Below are positions 53,271-64,000 of a stretch of 64,000 nucleotides of DNA, piece by piece (position 1 is the stretch's first letter; every line of letters begins with the position of its first letter). The notes under the pieces were generated by a model, which worked only from the letters and a program-made list of their open reading frames with translations, did no database searches and was not told the DNA's origin. Both the position numbers and the translations under genes were made by a program. This stretch comes from the human T2T-CHM13v2.0 reference genome, Homo sapiens: NCBI RefSeq assembly GCF_009914755.1, contig NC_060936.1. One strand, written 5' to 3'.

Positions 53271-53389
53271 AATGGAATTTCGAGAACAGAGAAATGGAAA
53301 GAATGAGCCCCAAGTTATATTTCCCCATGGTATTCTGCACTTTTTCACTGATAATATCTTAACAATGGTTATAGATGTAAATCTATATT

Positions 53390-53510
53390 CACCTCTAGTC
53401 TGTAAGGCATAGGAGTGCAGGGATAATAACTTCTTAATCACAATTTCATCTGCAATGCCAAGCAATGGTAAGTGCTCATTAAATAGTTCTTAAATGGATG
53501 AATGAATGAA
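53390..53510 (+). mobile_element. L2 3' end
   Basis: ctagtctgtaag...gtaagtgctcattaaata...gaatgaatgaa. Confidence 0.6.
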
Positions 53511-53552
53511 GGATGGATGGATGGATGGATGGATGGATGGATGGATGGATGG
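53511..53552 (+). repeat. (GGAT)n tetranucleotide microsatellite
   Basis: About 10 perfect units grown from the L2 tail. Confidence 0.95.
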
Positions 53553-53679
53553 ACAAATGACTGAGGGGTCTCAGACAGATTTTTTTTAATAAAGGCTCAT
53601 GATCATTTGAGGGTTTATATACTTTGAGAAAGGAATTATCAAGACATGCTACATATGGACTTAGATCTGCCTGGAAATT

Positions 53680-53826
53680 CCACTGTGTTTTACATATGGG
53701 GAACTGAAGCTTCAATAAGTGAAATCACTTCTGCAAGGTCACACAGCTAAGTGCCTGCACTACAATCAGAAGCCAAATCTATCTGGTGCTAGAGCCCACC
53801 TGCTTAACTATTGAGCCATACAGCCA
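53680..53826 (-). mobile_element. MIR
   Basis: ttttacatatggggaactgaagc...aaggtcacacagctaagt. Confidence 0.75.
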
Positions 53827-54424
53827 TTCTAACTGGTTTTACCATTTCCTCTCCCCAACACTTCTAATTATTTTAAATGACCTTGATTTTTTTACCTATC
53901 TTATTTTTCCAAGCTCTCAACAGCTTTGTTAGAAGCCTTTGGGATATGATTCTCTTTAGGAAGTTGCAAGTATACCCAAGCCCATATTATTCCACCCTAT
54001 GGCTCTTGACTTCTCTCAAAATCCTTCTCCTTTCTATATCCATATCTCTTGTGAAGAATGTGGATCTCCTGTTTATTTTCTCCCTTTCAGTAGGAATATA
54101 AAGATCCCTAAGAGCATGAGAACTAACAAAACAGTATTTTGCTTCCATCTTCCCCTGCCAATAATAAGATTTCAATGAGGATTAAGTAATGAACAAGGAG
54201 ACTCATATAAGCTGCTAACTGGGCTCACCTCCTCCCTATTTATCTTCTTTCTGAGCTATAAGGAAATGGCCTTGGCTTCTAGACTTGAGGGTACAAATGG
54301 TGGTCTACTATATATAATAGTGTCCTGCCCATAATAGGTACTCAATAAATGTTCAATTAGTAAAATAACTAATGTACAAATGAAAAATTTCTTTATTACT
54401 TAAGGTTCAAGCAATTGTCATAGC

Positions 54425-55879
<1,455 letters not shown>

Positions 55880-56725
55880 AGATGTAGATTTGGTCTTATT
55901 TATTGTTTTCTGGTTGTTTTGTATATCCCTTGTTCCTTACTTCCTATCTTATTGTCTATTTTTGTGGTTGGGTAGTTTCTGTAGTAATAAGATTTGATTC
56001 CTTTGTTTCTCCTTTCTCTATTGGCTCTACCAGTGAGTTTATAGTTTTGCATATTTTCACCATGGTGGTTATCATCTTTTCTCTTCCAGATGTATGACTC
56101 CCTTGAACATTTCTTGTAAGTCCAGTATGGTGACTATTAATTCCCTTCATTTTTGCTTGTTTGTCACATATTTTATTTCTCCTTCATTTCTGAAGGATGG
56201 CTTTGCTGGGCATAATATTGTTGGCTAGCAGGGTTTTTTTTTCTTTCAGTACTTTGAATACATCATTCCATTCTCTCCTGGCCTGTAAGGCTTCTGCTGA
56301 GAAATCTACTGTTAGTGAAATGGGGATTCCCTTATACATGACTTAATGTTTTTCCCTGGTGTTTTTAGAAATTTTTTCTTTGTCTTTGGCTTCTGACAAT
56401 TTGACTAAAATGTGTCTTGGATAGGACATGTTTGGGTTGAATCTATTTGGGTTTCTTTGAGATTCCCGTATTTGGATGTCCAGCCCTCTCTCAAGAATTG
56501 GAAAATTTTGACCTATTATTTTATTAAATATGCTTTCTATACCATTTCCCTTATTTTCTTCTCCTAAAATGCCCAGAATATGAATATTTGTTTGCTTAAT
56601 GGTGTCCTGTAAATCCTATAGGCTTTGTTCACTTCTCTCTTTTGTTTTTCAGTCTGCCTGTGTTATTTCAAAAGACCTGTTTTCAACTTCAGAAATTATT
56701 TATTCTGCTTGGTCTAGTCTCTTAA
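55880..56725 (-). mobile_element. Old L1 (L1M) ORF1 region
   Basis: gaaggatggctttgctggg...aaggcttctgctgagaaatc. Confidence 0.75.
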
Positions 56726-56929
56726 AAGTTGAAAATCTTTATGGTCAAGGACCTCTTGCCACATTACTAAATTCAATGGTGGATGTCTAATAGGTATCTC
56801 AAACTCAAGCATTCTAAGTGCCTAATCTACACCACCTCTCCATCTCACCTGACAATCTCTCCTTTCCTCCAGCCCCTGGCAAATTTTGTTTACCCACAGC
56901 CCTTCCCAGCTCAATCCCATGGTTTTAGT

Positions 56930-58945
56930 CTTGAACCATCCCACTAGTTTTGGTTTCTCTGAAGATCTCACCTGATTGGAAACAAGTGCCTATAAATGCA
57001 TCACTCTGAGCAGCTATAGGTAAAGTTAGCCTCAAGCTGGGCAAAAATGTCTGTGTGAACACTAGTGGGAAGGGACACTTGAGAATCAAATGAAAAAATC
57101 AATTTGAGAACAAGATGACACAGAAGAATCGAGGCTAGCCCACTGTGCAGAAGGTACAAAGTTTTGTGAGGCATAAGACATATCTGTCTGTACATTAATT
57201 GAAGAAATGCTATTCTTTGGGCATGTGTTCCCTATTTCTTGTAAAGGATTAGACAGACTTTTACCCAGGTTCACTTGAACAGCCATATTAGTTGGCTCAA
57301 CAGCAACAGGATTTACAATTTTTTGAAAGAGGCAGTCTCTTCTTAGGAGAGCAAGCCTCTGAATCTAGGGCATGGATCAGGGTTCCTATTGACAAGGCAG
57401 TAGGTGCACAGACTCTGTGGCAGAAGCCTGATCGATACCTCACACCACGGGCTCAGCCAGGGAGTCAGTTGCAGGCTCAATGACAAGCATAGGAGAAAAC
57501 TGCATCACACGTAATTTAACAAGAACCACTTTGGGCTGTGGTAAATGCAACTTCTAAGGCTACTTCAGAGGTGTTGTAAGAGTCTGCTTTCTGGCATTAG
57601 AGCTTCAAGATTCTTTAAAAAAAAAAGCTACTGTTTTTATTTCTGAAGCTTCTGGTTCTTGAGTGTCTGTCTAGAAGTTGGTTGGTTGTTTAGTGATTCA
57701 ATGGTCTTATTGGACCCCCTCTAGTTTTATAGACTGTTTTACATTTTCCTTTTCTAATAGGTAGATCCCTGTATTCTGCAGGGATCATGGCCAGTTTAGT
57801 AAACGTCTGACTGTAATACCATTCCACTGGCATAGGGACAGACACATGTGCACTCAAAGATCTTGCCACAGTCCGAGTGTCTCTTCAAGTCTCATTACTA
57901 CATTTATGTTCTCAGCATGCATTTTCATAAAGTGTTGCTGTACGAGAGAAAATTGAGAAAATGGTTTGTGAGAGCGTCCAGGGCATCCATCAACTGGACA
58001 ACAGTAAAATTTCAGTACGGGTTTTCAAACCATTTCTTTTTCTTTTTTTTAACTTTTAAGTTGAGAGATATAAGTGCAAGTCTGCAACTTAGGTAAACTT
58101 GTGTCATGGGAGTTTGTTGTACAGATTTCATCACCCAAGTATTAAGCCTGATACCCATTAGTTATTGTTTCTGATCCTCTCCCTCCTCCCTCTCCACCCT
58201 CCAGTAGGCCCCAGTGTATGTTGTTCCTTTCTATGTATCCATGTGTTCTCCTCATTTAGCTTCCACCTGTGAGAACATGCAGTATTTGGTTTTCTGTTCC
58301 TGAGTAAATTTGCTAAATATAATGGCCTCCAGCTCCATCCATGTCCCTGCAAAAGACATGATTTTTTTCTTTTTTATGGCTGCATAGTATTCCATGGTGT
58401 ATATGTACCACATTTTCTTTATCCAGCCTATCATTGAAGGACATTTAGGTTAATTCCATGTCTTTCCTATTGTGAATAGTGCTGCAATGAGCATACGCAT
58501 GCATGTGTCTTTATAAGAGAATGATTTATATTGCTCTGGATATATACCCAGTAATGGGATTGCTGGGTTGAACAGCATTTCTGCCTTTAGGTCTTCCAGG
58601 AATCACCAAACCATTTATTATTGTTGGGTCTACTATTCCATCCTACAGGCAGTGGCTGTTGACCAAGAACATGCTGAGCGTGGGGCTGCTGGGCAGGATC
58701 TTGCACAGCCAAGCACTGTGTGCAGGTTATTAGTCCACACTGCCTGGGACAGCTTGATCACCAACTGCTGGATCAGCTCCCAGGCTGATGGCATCAGGCT
58801 GCAGGCTGCTGTCCCTCAGCTGGGGTCCCAGAGGCCCCCACAGGCTTGAGGCAGCCTTGACTTCCCTTGTGGCTGCCAGGATGGCCAGGGGGCCAGCCGC
58901 CAGCACTGCTGTCAAGGTTCCCATACAGCCACAGAGGCTGATCAT
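56930..58945 (-). pseudogene. ATMIN: Processed pseudogene of ATMIN (ASCIZ), 5' ~60% of CDS, split by an L1
   Basis: Translations AVLAAGPLAILAAT..LWGPLGPQLR; ELIQQ..LSQAVWTN; KILPSSPTLSMFLVNSHCL*DGIVDPTI; PFSQFSLVQQHFMKMHAE; VQVNLGKSLSNPLQEIGNTCPKNSISSINVQTDMSYASQNF; FDSQVSLP; CFQSG..RETKTSG match ATMIN as I recall it; no introns; stops and frameshifts. Confidence 0.9.
58036..58606 (-). mobile_element. 5'-truncated L1PA (PA11-15-like) inside the ATMIN pseudogene
   Basis: 3'UTR plus polyA; perfect TSD caaaccattt 58026-58035 / 58607-58616. Confidence 0.92.
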
Positions 58946-60429
58946 CTATACTACTCTCTGATCTGAACTATGATTATCTGTGAGTCAGTTAGTGAAAGAT
59001 ATTTCAACTATATCTGCTATGCTATGTTCCTTTAATTTAGAAAAAGACAAATATGAAAAACATTGTAACCTCAATCCTGAGTAGAGTAAAGGCAAGAGTA
59101 TAAAAATTTCTTTGTACGTTTCTCTAATTTATTTTACTTTATTTAACACACAAGGAGACAACATTTCTCTACTTTAAATATCTCAATAAAGAATCTTTAC
59201 TTGGTGACCATTTTCATCAAATGTGTGGCATTTGATGAAATCATATATACTTCCTCCAAAATATTATGATATAGCCTCCTTTGTGACAAAGAAAACTCCA
59301 CAGAACATAATATTCTTGGAAAATACTGTCTCCAGTTTGACATGCCATAGATACTAGGCATGTTAGGCCTGTACCATAATTCAAGTATTCTCTGGATGGA
59401 GCTGGACAGTGAGGCAGCTATCTAATCCTACTAGCCATAATACTTTATTTCATGTTAAGTTCCCACACCAATGTTATGTTTGTCCTTTCCCAAAAATATA
59501 GAAAATCATAAAAATATCACTAGTAAAAATTCAGACTGTCATAACATTTAGTTCTTCCTGCAATTTTGGAAAATTATCACAATTTCAATAAAATTTCTAA
59601 GAACTTAAAAATAGGAAGAGTATCAACAGTAGTTAAAATTCATGGAAATTCAGTGTCTACACCAGCAATTCCTTGTTTTGCTTTCTTTTCTAAAACTGTC
59701 AAGAATAATTGCAAATAAATACCCAAAAGGAAGAGATTATATAGATTATAACTGGCTTATTAATTATTTAAATATTTATTGGCTTGAACTGTGGGTGAAC
59801 AATTCTTTGCATGAGAAAATGCAGGGAAATTCTAGAACTTTCACAGCTTTGCATAAAGTTATTTCTTCTTCATAGGAGCTTCCTGCATCTTTTTGGACCT
59901 TTTGGATGTGAAGTCTCTGATAGCATAGATCTAATTACTCCCAGAATATATACATGCTCACAATGTAGCATCATCATAAATTTGATGGGCTAAAACTGTG
60001 CCCACCTAGGTCATCCACCTCTAGACTGCCTAGTACCAGGTTCATACTGTGCATATTTAGTGCCTCTGACTGGTCTGATCCTATATATGAAAAGGGTCTC
60101 ATTATTATATAACAGAAGCTTGTACATCAAAAGTTGATTCAGCACAAACTGTTACCCCTCCCCACTTATGCCCATATCACTCACTCTTTATTCCACACAT
60201 ATTCTCCCTCTCAAGGCCTTTGGCTTTGGCAATTTCTCACAAAGTAATGTTCCCCTGCAGTTCTTGCCTGATTCAATTAACTTCCTTTTATCAATAGCTG
60301 TCATTTTTGTTTGTGTTAGCATCTCCCTTTCTCTGATAAATATTTCACCCTGCTCCAGTCTTGGATTTCTGATGGAACTGTCAATCCACTCATCTCTCCT
60401 TATTTGACGTCATTGATAAACATACAAAC

Positions 60430-60830
60430 TGGCCCATTCAATTATGATACCACATTCCCCTAGCTAAAAGATTGAGTCAGAGTTAAGCATATGAACCAAG
60501 ATGGACCTTATGACCTTTTTGATTTAGACTTGAAAGAAAAGAGAGATGGTGCCATGCTTTCTGGATCATAGATTTCAAGGACTATATATTGGAGACTGTC
60601 TACTGTCTTCCAAGTGAAAAAATCTGTCTCAAGAAAAACACCAACCTTAAAAGAAGAAAATGGGGAGAGAGTAACTATGTTTGAGTCCCTGTATTCTAGA
60701 TCTAGTAACACCTGAAACCAGTTACTGCTGGATGCTGGACTTATACATTATGTGAATTATAAATTTCTGTCTTCACTTAAGATTGTTTGGCTTGGGTTGC
60801 TGTCATGTGAAATCAAAAGATTCCTGATTA
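60430..60830 (+). mobile_element. ERVL-class LTR (LTR16/LTR33-like)
   Basis: tttgagtccctg...cctgaaaccag...ggactt...ataaatt...ttgggttgctgtca...aaaagattcctga 3' end pattern. Confidence 0.6.
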
Positions 60831-61149
60831 TTCCTTCCCGGATTTTAGTTCTGTGATTTTAAACTAAGCTCTACTCTTCACCATAATACACAATTAATAC
60901 CCAACAAAAATGGAACTTAGGACATTCCAACCCTATTATTGGCCAAAGTTCTAGGTTCTCCCATGTTATTCTATATTTTTCCTTACTTCTACTCCATTTC
61001 TGCATTTGACTGGATCCCGACATGGTGCCCAATGCTCCAAGATGCTTTATTTTTTCTGGGATACATCCATGATATAAGATTATCGGTATCACAATCTCAA
61101 TTCAGGAAACAGTCTTTCACATCTTGATAAGCCACACGTTTTGTCATTC

Positions 61150-61830
61150 AAGAAAAAGAGGTATAGATGTTGATTTTATGATTGCAGAATAATGGTTTAT
61201 CTGTGTTATCAGGGATTTAGAATTTAAAAAATGGAGGATTGGCTAACCTACTCCAGGATGACTGCAGTAGAAGAACATAGATATGCCTCTCATAATGTGA
61301 CTAGAGTTGAGAATACTTGTATTCCACATGAATATGAGTACTCACCATAAGTCTTCTTCAACAAACAGACATATACATACATCTATTAAAAAGTTGGTAG
61401 ACAAGCTGACTTTTTCTGTGGATGAGAACCAATCTTATTCTCCACCACTTTAATGCTTGTTCAATGAGCTCAAAAACAAAGTAAACATTAAAGAAGGACT
61501 GTAGAATTATGCATGAGACTTTCCTTACCAAGACTCATCTGGCTACTGTCATTGCTGTGTCCAATCTTCTAATAGCAGAAATCAAAGCCAAGCCTATTGC
61601 ATGGCACCTGCTACTTTCATATGCAATTGGTTAATTAGTTAATTGCTAATTAGTTAATTGCAAAGGGCCCCTTATATTATAGTGGGGCAGCAATTGTCTT
61701 CACTGAAACAGCCCTTCCTTTTGGATATGGATTTCTTCTGCCAGCTCGGCATTATCATCCAAGGGCAAATTGGATGATTTATTTACTATCATTTTTATCC
61801 CACAATGTTTCTTTTAAACAAGAAAAAATA
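61150..61830 (+). mobile_element. ERV-L pol remnant (RNase H / integrase N-terminus)
   Basis: VDKLTFSVD..Q*AQKQS, LTKTHLATVIA, VFTET..FGYGF resemble HERV-L VDRMTRSVD..QWAHEQS, LTKADLATATA, VLTGIDTYSGYGF. Confidence 0.65.
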
Positions 61831-63029
61831 TTATCAAAATTAAATGTATACATATTTATTATATATTACCTTCTACCTTGATGACCCATAGTTTACCAAC
61901 ACAGAATCTATAACTAACTGCAAATTCCCAAAAGAGAGAAGATAATTGGTTCTGTTTGGCTCATGACTACACTTACTTCATTCTCCTCTGGCCAAGTTCA
62001 TTCTCTTCTAGTTTTCTCAATATGTGGTGTGGGCTGGAAGAGAAAATAAACAATGAGCTATCTTATGTACTATAAAGTTATATCTTTGTCTTCCTCCTGA
62101 CTCAAGAATTACCCACAAACACATGTTCCCACAAAGCTGTAGACTAGATTGAATCAATCCCTTCTGTAAATTATACTGTTCTGTTGTTACTCCCTCTTTG
62201 TTGCCTTTTCTCTAAACTCTTATTGTCCTGGTGTATATGTTATTGCTCTCCAGTAATTTCTCAGGACCATGTTTCTCTTTCCTAAAGAAATCTGTATGCT
62301 ATAATTCTCTATCACATTGGCTGCTCAAAAATCCATACTTGGCACACTCATCTATTAAGACTCTCTGTCTAAAGCCAAACTGTGATCGGAGGAGAGAGAT
62401 TGTTCACAAGTTAATCACAGACATCATCTAGGATCAACCTCAAATACAAACATTCCTCTCACCAAACATAGCTGAGAATTAATCCTGTGTATAGGACTCT
62501 AGGTCAAAGCCAAACACTGATCCTTCCAAGACCATGTCCCTCTACTCCTTCCAATCTGAAATTCCTTTTGTCAGGGAGAGTCATATTTAGCAGCTATTAG
62601 GAGTCACATGACACTTATCATTTCCATGTAAACATTTAGAGATCGCAAGTGGGTAAACTTGGAGAAGTTTGAGCCAGAGTGCCAGGAACAAGTGGAAGAG
62701 CAGTTCCCAAGCCTTAGAAGAAATAGAGGAAGAACAAGACCTCCTACCTCTCATCAGAGGACAGTTATCAGGGTACAAAAGACTGAAAGAGAAAAGGAGT
62801 TTCTGGGAGGAAATACTAAACCACACTCCATCTCTCACATTTCTTGACCAATGTGTGAGACCATCACAGCAACAGAAGGTAAATGCCCTAACTATCTCCC
62901 TCTTTAGGAGTCATATGGTGTAATGAACATTAAGAAAACAAGTTATATTGTCTAGCTTTATACATAAATATAATAAAGGTATTTTATTTAACATTATGCC
63001 CAGGACACACTAGACTTCTCAAAAAAACA

Positions 63030-64000
63030 TATCATTGCAAAATGACAGTGCCAAGTCCTTACCTAACAATAATAACTTTGAATGTAATGAACTAATGTCT
63101 CCAGTTAAAAGACATAGAGGTCTGAATGAAATAAGAAAAACAGCATCCAACTGTATGCTGCCTACAACAAACTCAATTCATCCTTAAGGACACTACAGAC
63201 TGAAAGTGAAGAGATGGAAAAAGATATTCCATTCAAATGGAAACCAGAGCAGCAGCTATACTTACATCAGATAAAATATACTCTAAGCCAACAACTGTAA
63301 AAAGAGACAAAGGAGGTCATTATACAATAATAAAGGGATCAATTCAGCAAAAGAATATAACACAGATGCAGCAATCTTTAACAAAATACTAGCTAACTGA
63401 ATCCAACAGCATATCAAAAAGATAATCCACCGTGATCAAGTGGATTTCATACCAGGGATGCAGGGATGGCTTAACATACACAAGTCAATAAGTGTGACAT
63501 ACCACATAAACAGAATTAAAAACAAAAATCACATGATCATTTCAATAGATGCAGGAAAAACATTCAACAAAATCCTGCATCGCTTTATGATTAAAACTCT
63601 CAGCAAAATTGGCATACAAGGAAGATACCTCAATGTAATAAAAGCCATCTATGACAAACCCACAGCCAACATAATAGTGAATGGGAAAAGTTGAAAGCAT
63701 TCCCTCTGAGAATGGGAACAAGACAAGGATGCCTAGTCTCACCATTCCTCTTCACCATAGTACTATAAGTCCTAGCCAGAGCAATCAGACAAGAGAAAGA
63801 AATAAAGGGCATCCAAATTGGTCAAGAGGAAGTCAAATTGTCACTGTTTGCTGACGATATAATTGTTTACCTCAAAATCCCTAAAGACTCCTCCAGAAAG
63901 CTCCTAGGACTAATAAAAGAATTCAGCAAAGTTTCTAGATACAAGATTAATGTATGCAAATCAGTAGCTTTTCTATACACCACAGGGACCAAGCAGAGAA
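63030..64000 (+). mobile_element. L1 ORF2 fragments (old EN piece to ~63360, then L1PB-like RT running off the window)
   Basis: TLNV..L.SPVKR EN motif; [27 protein letters not shown]. Confidence 0.88.

Noticed and set aside
62587-62923. Short ORFs in non-repeat-looking sequence
   Set aside because: No recognisable homology, non-ATG starts for the + strand ORFs, no splice or codon support
63363-64000. Possible displaced continuation of the L1PB ending at 15038
   Set aside because: The two pieces overlap by ~100 bp of L1 coordinates and differ in sequence, so they are independent copies

Overview
Primate (very probably human) genomic DNA from an olfactory-receptor cluster, which I recognise from memory as the chr12q13 OR6C cluster. 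It holds two intact single-coding-exon OR genes on the + strand: OR6C4 (27771-28700) and OR2AP1 (50959-51888). Both are 309 aa and about 80% identical by manual count. A processed ATMIN pseudogene on the - strand (~56930-58945) is split by an L1. Most of the rest is nested interspersed repeats (L1PA/L1PB/L1M, Alu, MaLR THE1/MST/MLT1, ERVL, MADE1, MIR, L2), and nearly all other listed ORFs are repeat-derived. I see no new multi-gene system. The best observations are: (i) a near full-length L1 whose 5'UTR lacks exactly a GT-AG intron (a spliced retrotransposed L1, SpIRE); (ii) a young L1 inserted at the OR2AP1 stop codon with a 16-bp TSD and an apparent 3' transduction; (iii) a homeodomain + O/E promoter module and a splice donor conserved upstream of both ORs; (iv) Arg in place of the conserved TM6 Gly251 in OR2AP1; (v) a double fold-back templated insertion; (vi) a local duplication that preserves an Alu pre-insertion site. 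Repeat subfamily names come from my recall of consensus sequences and old-repeat boundaries are approximate.
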